A DNA stretch of 62,865 nucleotides, filler included, from Bigelowiella natans CCMP2755 (taxonomy: Eukaryota; Protista; Cercozoa), in NCBI GenBank assembly GCA_000320545.1. It is 6 parts of 6 records of this genome, joined end to end, with 100 filler letters (N's around TTAATTAATTAA, not from the genome) between each part and the next. Parts side by side here need not be neighbours in the genome. Positions count along the whole stretch, not along the records: positions 1 to 12,171 come from ADNK01000574.1; 5 more parts are not named here. One strand, 5' to 3'. This document shows positions 1-10,944 of this stretch, piece by piece. The notes beneath the pieces are model-generated. The model searched no databases. It saw nothing but the letters and a program-made list of their open reading frames with translations, and had not been told where the DNA came from. Numbering within the stretch: the stretch's first letter is position 1; each line of letters opens with the position of its first letter. Both the position numbers and the translations under genes were made by a program.

Positions 1-2
1 TG

Positions 3-1892
3 TACGAATATTACGAAATACTTGTAACCATCCATGCTGTTAGGCATGGTCTTTACATCAGAGTGAATTCTATTCCACATCCGGTTTTTCTTGTGGATAA
101 CAGGTACACATTTTTGCTTCTTTTTGACAGCATCGTCCTCAATCTTTGCTTTATTCCGATGCTGTTTCATCCTTTCTTGGGCGCTTGGATCAAAGATCGG
201 AGATCTTTTTGTTTTGGCTACATCACAGGCCTTGCAAAAGATCTTCTTTGGTATTTTTATCGTCTTGGAATAAGGTAAACCTTCTGTAACTGCATAGGTG
301 TCTCTTATCTTATCCGCTGCGATGTGCCCTAGGATGTTATGTGCGTGCTTGATTGAAGATGGCTGTTTCATTGGGTAGGATTTAAATCTTTGTGTTTTTG
401 TACTTTTGTTTATTTGTTTATATCTCAAATAAAATAGGCCGTCGTCTTGAAAGTCCCCGAACGCGTATTCCTCTCCGTTGGCGGTAATGCTTATTCCTTG
501 TTTTGTTCCTTTGTACTCGCTGCCACTCTTAACTAGTCTGTTTAGAGAAATCACATTGCCTGCAGCTTCTTCAGAGTACAAAGCTCCTTGTAGAACAATT
601 TTATGCATCTTTCCTTGCTTGTTTTTCGTAGTTAGTTCGACGTCGCCTGCATAATCCACAAAGAATCCTGTCCCATCTTTGCCAACTTCTATGTATCGTG
701 GTTGAATAGGTTTCAACTCGTTGAAGAAGTCGCGGTCGCAGAAGAAGTGGTTGTTGGCTCCGCTGTCGAGAAGGATCAAAGGCTTATGGTTGTACTTCAG
801 CGTGTGCAGGTAAGAATTGTCGCGTGCCATCTTATTAATGTAAGAGGGTCTTTGGGAAGGGGAGCCATGATCTATAAAAGAATAGTGTTTTCCTTTGTTC
901 TGCTTGCCTTCGTCTCTCATCTTGTTTCTGCATTCCTTTTCCCAATGTCCTTTCTTGCCACAGTAATGGCATTTTGTTCTTTTCTTTAAGTTCAAGAAAT
1001 AGTCTTCTCTCTTTTGCTTCTTGGAATTGTCTTGATATGCTTCGCTGTTGTATCTGTTCTTTCCTTTGTTGAATTTCCTCTTGTAGGTCTTCAGCTGACC
1101 CGTAAGTTCATTTAGCCTTTTCTCCAAGCCATCGTACATCTTCACGTATTTGTGTTCTGCACTGGTGTGTCCTGCATGTTTCTTTGAAGGTTTCTGCCCG
1201 TCATCTAACGATCGGGAGTTCATGTGGGAGCGGATCATGTCCACTGCAGAGTCGAAGGTAACATCTTTCTTGTTGTTAATGACTGTTACTATAGTCTCGT
1301 ATTTTTCTCTAGGTACAAGTCCTCGAAGTAGAGTGGTAAGAGCTTGATTGTCGGAGTATCCTTCGTGCTGTGCTCGAAGTCTTCTGATCGTCGAGTCAAG
1401 GTCAGAATGATACTTCGTGAAGTCTCCATTGTACTGACCCATGTTTATATCACTTAGCTTCGAATAAAGTTTCCTGACGGCTACAGGATTGGTAGGCTCG
1501 TACTTCTCCAGCAAGGCTGCTAAGGTAACTGCTACGTCTTTGGGTTTTCCTTCGAGTAGATCGAAGAATTTATCAGGAAGGGTAGCAGTGAGGAAGAATC
1601 TTCCTCTCTTTCTTTTGTTTATCTTTTCTTGTGATCCTCTTCCTTCGGGTTTAGGGTTGAGGATGTCGAATTGCTCCTGAGAGAGCTTGAGTACTTCTCG
1701 TCGGTGAGCGGGGTCGGTGCGTACATTGACTTCTGTCACCTTTCCTTCTGTTTCTATGTTGACATTGAAGCATGATTCCAAATCCGCTGCTTCAAAGGCG
1801 GACATTAGCTTGTACATGTAGGGCTTGTAGTTGCTACCATCGTACTTGAGGGTGAAGTTTTTCAGCAGGGAGTCTATCTGCTTTTCTGACAT
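3..1892 (-). CDS. Copia gag-pol polyprotein (partial; RT/RNaseH outside window)
   Basis: Translated by hand from ATG 1892: MSEKQIDSLLKNFTLKYDGSNY (gag), CHYCGKKGHWEKEC zinc knuckle (~971-930), LLDSGANNHF aspartic protease (~773-745), HNILGH...CKAC integrase HHCC (~345-225). The spot-checked motifs share one frame. Confidence 0.92.
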   Translation of the reverse strand, partial: MSEKQIDSLLKNFTLKYDGSNYKPYMYKLMSAFEAADLESCFNVNIETEGKVTEVNVRTDPAHRREVLKLSQEQFDILNPKPEGRGSQEKINKRKRGRFFLTATLPDKFFDLLEGKPKDVAVTLAALLEKYEPTNPVAVRKLYSKLSDINMGQYNGDFTKYHSDLDSTIRRLRAQHEGYSDNQALTTLLRGLVPREKYETIVTVINNKKDVTFDSAVDMIRSHMNSRSLDDGQKPSKKHAGHTSAEHKYVKMYDGLEKRLNELTGQLKTYKRKFNKGKNRYNSEAYQDNSKKQKREDYFLNLKKRTKCHYCGKKGHWEKECRNKMRDEGKQNKGKHYSFIDHGSPSQRPSYINKMARDNSYLHTLKYNHKPLILLDSGANNHFFCDRDFFNELKPIQPRYIEVGKDGTGFFVDYAGDVELTTKNKQGKMHKIVLQGALYSEEAAGNVISLNRLVKSGSEYKGTKQGISITANGEEYAFGDFQDDGLFYLRYKQINKSTKTQRFKSYPMKQPSSIKHAHNILGHIAADKIRDTYAVTEGLPYSKTIKIPKKIFCKACDVAKTKRSPIFDPSAQERMKQHRNKAKIEDDAVKKKQKCVPVIHKKNRMWNRIHSDVKTMPNSMDGYKYFVIFV

Positions 1893-2067
1893 GTTGTTTC
1901 GTTCCTGTTTTCTTTGTTTTCAGTGCTTTGGAGGCTTGACCGAAGATTGGCTGAGGGAATGCTGTTGTCGCTTTCAGTTCCTTCTTCTGGAAGGATGTAG
2001 CTGAAGGGGGGGGGTGGGGGGTTTGCTTGGTTCTTTTCTTTGTTGGTTCTCTAGCAAGTCCTCTTGA

Positions 2068-2078
2068 GGCTCATAACC
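2068..2078 (-). other. Primer-binding site, half-tRNA-iMet (Hemivirus/Ty5-like) type
   Basis: GGTTATGAGCC between LTR and gag matches the PBS type complementary to the anticodon arm of initiator tRNA. Confidence 0.7.
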
Positions 2079-2488
2079 TTTTAGCGGACTAGCGGTAGCT
2101 GTTTGGCTTTTGTGCGCGGGACTGTGCTGTTGATGTTGGAAAGTCAACACGCGGTCTCGTGTGCTTTTGGATTCTGATGATGACTTGTGACTTGCGCTGC
2201 ACGCATGTGCGCATTGGGTTCCGGCGCATTCGCGAAGATTCTCGAATCTTCCAGAATTCTCTCGAATTCTCTCGAGTGTTTCTGGAAGGTTCTCGAAGCT
2301 TCCGGAATGTTCTCGAAGATTCTGGAAGTTCTGAGAACTTCCATGCGCATGTGCGCAGCGCAGCGTGCAGCACGAGTGGACGTGCGCATGCTGCGACAGC
2401 TCCTTGATCGTGGGTGGCGCGGCCAGACCGCTGACACTAGAGACTCATTGCGCGATGCACACGAGCATCGTAATGATTACTGCTATAT

Positions 2489-2492
<4 letters not shown>
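2079..2492 (-). repeat. 5' LTR of the copia element
   Basis: Bounded by TG at 2492 and the PBS at 2078. The 3' end reads ...CTAAAA rather than ...CA, and an alternative CCAACA end exists at 2041. No second LTR is in the window to confirm. Confidence 0.65.
2229..2341. promoter_or_regulatory. Heat-shock element (nGAAn inverted pentamer) array in LTR
   Basis: Six perfectly phased TTC/GAA units at 2229-2256 and ten at 2280-2327 (TTCtgGAAggTTCtcGAAgcTTCcgGAAtgTTCtcGAAgaTTCtgGAA). Confidence 0.8.
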
Positions 2493-2528
<36 letters not shown>

Positions 2529-2718
2529 CCTGCATGCTGATGTCGAATAAATGCGCGACGACATTCGCAAGACCGAAACAACATGCATTTGCTGATTGCA
2601 TCAAACACATCATAGCGGAGACCAACAGGTTCAACATTAGCGCTGTAGCCGCTGCATTTCGCCGCTACATGAGGATGACCATTGGACAAATTCAATTTGA
2701 TTCATTACATCCGTCTTG

Positions 2719-2749
<31 letters not shown>

Positions 2750-3029
2750 GATTCATTCATTATATTACATCATAATCATCCGTCTTACACATGCATATAA
2801 TGTAGTAAGCTTATGTTTGTTTTCAAATCTCATATGATTGCGTTGCTATATGACTGAACATGAGCAGAAGTATCCACATCAGCAGCATTGGCCAGACTGC
2901 AATCTTGCGATGAGAGATTTCCAATAGTACAGTACTACACGGAACATAATTATGTATAACTTCCTCTGATCTAATTACAAAGGCTATATTTTCTAACTTT
3001 CATGTTTTCTAAATTTCAATAATAATCAG

Positions 3030-4077
3030 GTTAAATGCTGCTCTTCGCGGCTCCATCATCCTCCAGGGTTTTAGTCGCGTGTCGGATTTATACCAGTCTC
3101 GTTGCTTAGTAGAAGGGGTTCATAATGAGTTCCAGATTCTTCAAAGACTAGGGATCTTCAGGAACTTCTTCGCATGTTCGCCTTTTTGCGGAAGCTGATT
3201 TTGTTCCTTCATCGCAGCGTTCTGCTCTGCCAGAAACTTCGCGTAATCATTTCCGTTGTCGGTTTCGGTAGTCGATCGGCGGCTGGACCCTTGTTGAATT
3301 ATTTTCGTAGCATTCTTCTTCTCCGATGACAGTGCTCTTGGGAATGCCACCTTGCGAAGCTGGTTCGTGAATCGAAGGGCGATCTGGCGAGTGGTCATGT
3401 CTGCAGGTTGAATAGATCTACGAGTTGTGGGACTCTGAACCTATTCCGTAAGTCATATTGGAAGCAGTTTGTTCCATTAAGGATCTCGTAATAGCCTTTA
3501 TTTTCGGGATAAAGGGTATAATTATGCCAATATGTGTTAAAATAGGGTCTATTTTTGAAAAGGATAATCTCTGCCTGAGCTGAGGATTTCTTCGAAAGCC
3601 TTCTTCCGGCTCCCAAATCAAATTTTCTTTTGTGTCGGAGAGGCGTGTTGTTTGAATCCTCTTTTTCAGCCTTAACGTACCAATAATTCGGGGAATGCAG
3701 ACGGGATCTTCATTGCTGAAGAAGGTATTCATGCATGTCGTCAGATCACATTAGCATGAAACGTTTATGTAGTTTAAAAATGGTTCGTTGAGAACTATGC
3801 TGGAGAACACCTTTCCAGTTTATGGGCAGAAATGTTGTCGTTACACAGAAACGTCCTGATTGGTATTGCTTGTTTCCCTCGGGATTGGCAGTCGGTTCCG
3901 GCGGAGATTTGGATCAGGTACCTACTCGTTGCACGCGGTGTCATGCGTCCCTTGGAACGAGTAAAACATGCTTTGCCCTCTGACGCAGAAGAACAATTGA
4001 GGCGCACATTAGACTCTTTACGGAAAACTTCCTACGTTTTCTCTTGCACAGGGTAGGTATCTGGTGACGTACCCCAT
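3030..4077 (-). CDS. Probable multi-exon hypothetical protein; exon structure and ends uncertain
   Basis: ATGGG|gtacgt start with a candidate 41-nt intron, stacked open frames 3141-3732, and a promoter-like motif block just upstream. No family recognised. Confidence 0.3.
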
Positions 4078-4227
4078 GTAAGACTACCGACTCAATTGAT
4101 AGATCTAGATCTAGATCTACAAGCTGTAATTGGATTTCTGTCATGGATTTTCGGATTTCCTGTGAGGATTTCAGGATTTCAGGATTTCCTGTTCCTGGAT
4201 TTCCTGATTTCGTGCGGCAGGGACCTA

Positions 4228-4634
4228 CCGTAAGTTTAACTCTTATTTGTCACCCCTGGTTACACTCAATTCGTGTTTTTGCCGAAAAAGTTACATGTCA
4301 CCCAAATTTGAGATCGCCTGAGTTTAGTTGTCGGTGAATTTCCGAAGAAAAATTGCCCATTTTGAACCATCTTTAAAATGTTCTTTCGAAACTTTTCGTC
4401 TTAATTTTTCACTTGTTTTTGGGAAGTGTGCATATTTTCGTAAGGGACAGATACGCCGTAGGGACAGGAAATATCGTAGCGAGCTCTGGACAGTTTTTCT
4501 TTGATGTTTTTCGGTGTGAGATTCCCCATTCCATGAAAAAGAAACCATGTGAAAAGTTACATGTCACCCTATTCTAAATCGATCTGTCGTTTAACGTGAA
4601 AATTTTGGGTGACAAATAAGAGCTAAACTTACGG
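4228..4634. mobile_element. MITE / non-autonomous Tc1-mariner(pogo)-like element, 407 bp
   Basis: 28-bp TIRs CCGTAAGTTTA(A/G)CTCTTATTTGTCACCC (4228-4255 and 4607-4634, one mismatch) with TA on both sides. Internal 18-bp direct repeat AAAAGTTACATGTCACCC at 4286 and 4552. Confidence 0.88.
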
Positions 4635-5033
4635 TAGATACCTAAAACAAAATGCCCTACTTAAATCACATGTGACAATTAAAAATCGTCATTAATGGAT
4701 TTTATTTTCGGATGATATTAATGTCGCAGGGTCTAAAATCCATGGCATTTATTGTCCCGTGCCGCAAGGCTCTAACTTTGTATGCACAGGGCTGTGCGCG
4801 TGTCGAGGTCCACGTATATTCTGTGCACAGAAGACTCGTAGATTCGTATGATTTGAGTCGAGCTACTGCTCATATGTGCATCCGTCATTTTGGAATTTCG
4901 CATTGATTGAATAACATACTCTGCTGTTCGATTAGCATTCCCTAAGCCATCTAGTTTAGAAAGCATGTTTCTCATCACAATAGAGCGTTGGAGTTGTGTT
5001 GTTGAAGAGGAGAACGGAGTACAATATTTTGAA

Positions 5034-6102
5034 ATGCTCGTCCGCAGGCACTTACTGGCTCCTAGATCGAAACTGCGCTGTGGAAACTCTCTGAAGGTCG
5101 GACTCGCTGCCTTTGCACTAACTGCTTTTTCCGCTGTCGGGGTAATCAAACGAGATATCTTATGAGCGAGATTCCAGCTTAAAAGAACTACCATACTCAG
5201 ATGTTCAGCGCATTATCACAAATGATTGGAACCTCTGCGGAGGCTGAAAAAAAAGGTGACTATTTTTAAGCACCTGATTTCGAGACTGCTTTGGTCATGT
5301 GGTCTTTGTGTTGATGTGTAAATGTGGGATAGATTTGGGGAGCTTTTTCAAGTTAAGCGCCAAAAACATTGACGGGGAGAATGTGGACTTCAAGAAATAC
5401 AACGGGAATGTCTGCTACGTTGCGAATGTGGCCTCAAAATGAGGTTACACCGACCAAGGTTACAAGGTATTACCCCTTGCAAATTTTGGCATAAGCTGGT
5501 TCTTTAGTTTCTTCCCTTATTTTTGGCTCGTGTACAGGCTATGACTGGGTTCGCGAAGAAATACCACAAGGATGGATTCTGCGTGCTCGCATTCCCTTGT
5601 AATCAGTTCGGTCGGCAGGAGCCAGGGACTGATGCTGAAATTAAAGAGTTTGTTCGCTCTAGATACGGCCTTCCCGAGGGATTGGAGGTGTTTAATGAGA
5701 CTGCAAGTTTTACATAATTAGTCACACATAATATACTCTGTTTATTGCCGTTTCCTGACTGCTTTCCTCTCTAGATGTTCTCCAAAATTAAAGTTAACGG
5801 ACCAAAGACCCATCCAGGTGGTTACAAAGTTTCTCCTCCTCCCCCCCCCCCCCCTCTCTTGTCCGTATAATGTGTAAATGGGTCTTCTGTGGATTGACGT
5901 AAAAATTTTAATTACTTTAGTCTACGAACATCTGAAAACTGCTTTTCCGGGCGATGTGAGCTGGAACTTCATGGGCCACTTCCTGATTGGAAGAGACGGT
6001 CAGGTGAAGCAGAGATTTGGTCGAACCACATCGTATGCGACAGTCGATGCAGCCATTCAGAAGGAGTTAAAGACTGAGAAGGGAGAAGCTAAAGAAAAAT
6101 AA
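5034..6102 (+). CDS. GPX: Selenocysteine glutathione peroxidase (GPx4/PHGPx-like) with N-terminal presequence
   Basis: Exons 5034-5141, 5201-5255, 5333-5466, 5538-5687, 5775-5817, 5921-6102 join in frame by GT-AG. Motifs NVASK-U-GYT (TGA 5440-5442), [18 protein letters not shown] and WNF are present. The start could be 4965. Confidence 0.95.
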
Positions 6103-6141
6103 TTATGACAATGGAGCTCCATCAGAAACGCGCCGGGTCCC

Positions 6142-6212
6142 TGATTCTTTGATGAATGCTGCGGTGTAAATGTGCATCTTCACAGATCCGTAGCAGGAAC
6201 AACACTAGAACA
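6142..6212 (+). promoter_or_regulatory. SECIS element (type II) in GPx 3' UTR
   Basis: ATGAA core (6152-6156), helix TGCTGCGG/CCGTAGCA, unpaired AAA (6168-6170), mini-stem TGTG/CACA, and GGAA 3' core (6196-6199). Confidence 0.85.
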
Positions 6213-7063
6213 CATGATTCAGAGACTTGAGCGTTTTTTGCATGCAATTCGCACTTTGTCGAATTTTATCATTCGTGATGAGAACAATGGTAGAATGTGT
6301 ACATGCATTCTGGTGTTGCTCGCACCAGTCCGTGATTGCATGACCCCACGGAACGTGCTTTGCTAGTTTGATCGAATCATCTGACACATCCCGAAATTCT
6401 GCGCGCAAGCGGGCCATCATTGAGTCTGCTGTGTGTCTAGCGCAGTGCTCGCTTGCCCATGATAGGAAAATAGGAAAGGCACTTTTCTGGCGCACCAACA
6501 TGTGATGCTGTGATGAAAAACGCATGACGCCACCCATGCTGAGCATGCATTGCATGCTAGCATGTGTGGATCATCACACGCTAGCTCAGGCGTATAGGCG
6601 ACCATGCAGCATGTCTAGCATGTGACGCACATGTGATGCACGCATGTGATGCACGCATGTGATGCACGCATGTTCACACACGTCACCATGCATCGTCTCT
6701 CATGCAGCAGTTCCATCTCGCTGTTCCAACAATCCAACAACACCTGACACATTCTAGCATTCTGTGAACAAGCTAGCAAGAGACATGTGACATGTGCAAG
6801 TGTGGCAATGACATGATCCCAGCAGTGCTGAACAACAAGCAAGAGCCGCATGTTGGCTCTTGTGCTTGAGAGGTGACATCTCTGCATGAAATTGACTGCT
6901 CAATGATTGAGTTGCTATCCAGAGATTTTGTGGAGTTGTCGTCGGTTTGGGTAATCTCTGAAAAGTCTCTGGACATCTCCGCCGCCGTCTAGAGATCATG
7001 ATGTTTTCCTCCATATGCATCTTCTAAAGAGAGACCGCCTGTGGAAGCATTCATCTCTCAAGC

Positions 7064-8182
7064 ATGGTGGAAATCAGCCGAGACTGGATTATATCCGATT
7101 CGATAAAGCTGATTATGCTCTTTGTGGAGATAATTCTCACTGGTTTGTATCTACTCTCGCCCTGCCGGGACCCCATGAAGCGAAGGCTGCAATGGATGCA
7201 GCTGGTGGCCTGTGTCGTGGGATTTGTGAGCGTATCCTGTGCGCACGGGTTATTTTTCTCAAGTTGGAGGACTCTATTAATCTCAGAAACAACTTTGCTC
7301 ATCGTTATCGGGCTTCAGGTAGGTTTGTTGGGTGTTGGTGCGAAAGCGACTCTTTCTCTGATGTGCTGAATGCCTTCGTTCGTTTCTTAGGACATTTCAA
7401 TCGCCAACATGCTCAACATACAGAAGAACTTAGTAGTCAAGAACAGGAAACTCAAGAGCTACGGGACTTGGTATATTGTAGTGGCTCTCCTGTTCGTTAT
7501 CTCCCAAATCATCGGAGCCCTTGCTGTCCTTATCACTGATAGAATTACAGAAACGACCCTCCTTTCCTATGCTGGTCGAGTCCTCTTCCTTGTGGTTTTC
7601 GATTGGGCTGTGTTCCGACGCGCATATGTCGTCGCAGCTTTCGTGTTAAACATTAGAAAGGTTACAACTGCGCGTTCAAGTATGAATAGGCACAGGTCGG
7701 CCTCCATGCTTGAAAGGGAATCGTTGGATGAGTACGAGGAAAGAATGACACAACCGTCGACAATTTATATGCCCCGCCTAATGTTCCGGCTAAAACTCTT
7801 CGTTGCATCTTCCCTCATTGGATTTCTTGTGGCCGTCAGCGCGGGCAGTATTCTAATGTACAGATCCGTTTCGTCACACCAAAACAGTGCCGTCTACAGC
7901 AGGACGTATCAAGATGACCGCAAAGATTTCAATTTATACGTTGACTTTGGAGTTTTTCTCGTATTGTTATTGATGACCAGTAATCTTCTTTTTTCCCGTG
8001 TGGACATCGACTGGAAAGCTTTTGGCTGTGGAGTATTTTTCGTTACAGACAAGGGAACGGAAATGAAGACAGGCGGAGATAGGAGCAGTGTTCTCTGGTC
8101 GAAAGAGTCGAAGGACATAGGAACAGCCATAGATGATGCAAGTGACGTGTTTGAGGTACTAGAAGATTTTGCCAGCGGCTAG
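7064..8182 (+). CDS. Seven-transmembrane (GPCR-topology) orphan membrane protein, ~348 aa
   Basis: Exons 7064-7318 and 7391-8182 join in frame across a GT-AG intron. Seven hydrophobic segments, with a long charged loop between TM5 and TM6 and an acidic tail. Confidence 0.75.
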
Positions 8183-8750
8183 TGCAGCAAGAGGAAGCTT
8201 GTTTTTGCTTTGATCACATTGTAAATTACTAGATTACATGCACCATGACATGCATCGAGCCTCAGCTTTGCACAGCTACATCAGATGACAATTGAAAAAT
8301 CATCATCAGTCAACCATGAATGTTTGCATGCGCATGCAGTGTTCATTGTTTCTGAGCATGACAAGGACATGCGTCATTGAAACCATTCAACACATCGGCA
8401 CAAAACATGTCATCATTGTGCTCAAAAGACCATCGCACAAAATTGCGCAGAACATCATGCATCGCGCAGGCGGCGGATCGGAGCGACAAAAAGTGAGCAC
8501 AAATGCAAAAAGTCTGTGCGACAGCGTCGCGTGGCTCGCATTGTCATCAGCAATACGTACGTCTGGACATTCATGTGCTACTAGGCTAGGCGACCCTAAA
8601 AACGCGACACATCCATTCGTGCACAGCAGTGCCAAGTTGTTATGCATCAAGCTGTTCGCATGTATAAGTTTTACATTGAATTCTAATTCTAGTCTTCAGT
8701 TAGTGCTAGTTGCTGCCGCCACCCACCGACGAGATGAGTTAGGATATCAA

Positions 8751-9454
8751 TTATTCTATGTATTCGACTTTAATGAGTCGAGCACCACCTTTGTCCACGT
8801 CGTATTCTAGCGTAGAGGCAGGCTGCATTTTTTAAAAGCCATCAATTAGACAGAGAACCGAGATGAATACTCCACGAACATAATAAATCGTTTCGAGTAA
8901 GTGGCAGAGCACACATAGAACGCGAAAATCAGATTCTCACCATGGGTTTCTATCTTTGCTTCCACACTTCTTTACCCACCATGATCATGATCACCCTTGC
9001 TCGCCACTACCCCCGCAAATGCCCAGATATCAACATGTTTACTACTACTCAGTAGCTACTACCGAAGTATCCTGGCCATCGATTCGAATTTCGTTCCCCT
9101 TCTTTTCGGTCAGAAACTTTACCTAATTTCAAAGACTATCATTTCGGAGACCAGCGTGCCAAGGGCACTTTGTTGCGATCGAACGACAAAGCTGTAGTTT
9201 TGTGTTAAACAATATCATCACATAGCCACTAGTACCGACCTTATTCGGCAAGCAGCAGCGCCACGACAACTTCCACAGGAAATGAATTCTTCAACCACGA
9301 AATAGTAATCATTCGCGACTCTTCTTGCTGGACGACAACCGTTGCAACGTGGTGAGGAGAAGTGTGCAGTAGCAAGATACGCACGCGAAAGCCGCTGGTC
9401 GAATCGCCGCCCAAGCTACTCTTCTACATCATCATCATCATCATCGCCACCACC

Positions 9455-9488
<34 letters not shown>

Positions 9489-9666
9489 TCGTGTGTGAAG
9501 TGCAGCAGCAGTGAGGGAGCATGATTCTTCTTCTTCTTCTCCTTCTTCTTTTTCTTCTATACCTTAAACCACTGGCAGCCTAATTTGTTGCAGATCTTCT
9601 GGCAGACATTGCGAAGGGGGGTGGACGGCTCTACGGACAGCTGGTAACGCCGGAAGTAAGGACGGA

Positions 9667-9702
<36 letters not shown>

Positions 9703-9771
9703 GGAGGTGAAGCAGGAATGCAACGGGAGAAAGAGGGTAACCAGGAGAGATATAGAGAGAGATAGATAGAC

Positions 9772-9819
<48 letters not shown>

Positions 9820-10022
9820 AGAGAGAGAGAGAGAAGAGAGAGAGAGAGAAGAGAGAGAGTAAGGGAGGCGCAAGGGATAATAATGATTGTTATCGTAAAC
9901 AAATGCAACGCTGGTTTTCAGTCAAAAAAAGGCGGAAAGTAACACAACTAGTCAAACACAGATTATTCCCGCTTAAAGTGACGAAGAAGAAGATGAAACG
10001 AAGCCTGGCCTCATATATATAC

Positions 10023-10068
<46 letters not shown>

Positions 10069-10284
10069 TTAATATATTATCAATGTGGGGTCGTCGTCAT
10101 TGTACCGTCAGCCTCGAGCTGCAATTCGCTTTGACGTCGACGATGATATCAATGGGTTCGGGCTGTATAATTAATGATTAGATACGACGAAATGTTTGAG
10201 AAAAGAAGGAAGATGATGACGACGTCGTCGGTTCGTCATAGTTACGACTAGCTTACTGCTGATAAACGACAAGAACTTCAAAGC

Positions 10285-10326
<42 letters not shown>

Positions 10327-10913
10327 ATGATGATGCTATGCTATCATTACCATACGTGGACCGAGATCTAGAACGCCAATGATACTATCGTCTTCATCCT
10401 ATGGAATAAGAAGAAGAAGAAGGGGGAAAGAAGAAGAAGAAGAAGAGGGGGAAAGAAGAAGAAAACACAAAAGACACGCAATCCCGCTCATCAAAGCACC
10501 CTGTTGCGCCATATCATCATCATCATCAGCAGCAGCAGCATCATCACCACCACCACCGCAATGGCGACCTACTACCTTAATGCTTTCGTCCAGTGTGAGC
10601 TGGAGGGGGTTGAAGAGCTGCTTGGTGTCCTCATCCTGGTTGATCCATGGAGAAGAAGATAGAGAAGAAGAAGAAGAAGAAGAAGAAGAAGAAGAACAAA
10701 TATGCAGAATGAACATTATAATGAATGATTGTGGTGACGAACGACGACGTATACTATAGCCTAATACAGGGCATCATCTGCCGGTAACGTAAACGTCAAT
10801 CCACAACGGTAGTAGTAGTAGTAGTAGTTGTTGTTGTTGTTGTGCTGCAGGAATTATGATGACCACCACCTACCTCAAAGGACGAAGTTGTGCATGTCAG
10901 ATAACTGTTTTCA

Positions 10914-10944
<31 letters not shown>

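Larger units (their letters stand above)
1..2492 (-). mobile_element. Ty1/copia LTR retrotransposon, 5' part (5' LTR, PBS, gag-protease-integrase); continues beyond window start
   Basis: The minus-strand frame shows copia domain order gag-PR-INT. The LTR starts TGTTA at 2492, directly beside a (TA)n tract. PBS-like GGTTATGAGCC lies at 2078-2068. Confidence 0.93.

Noticed and set aside
63-1680. Plus-strand ORFs over the retrotransposon
   Set aside because: Antisense shadows of the gag-pol frame.
2229-2341. Regular repeats as a CRISPR-like array
   Set aside because: 5-bp periodic inverted pentamers with no unique spacers in a eukaryotic LTR; HSE array fits better.
6105-6150. First ATGA after the GPx stop as SECIS core
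   Set aside because: No AA at the required distance and poor helix II; the element starting at 6152 fits the consensus.
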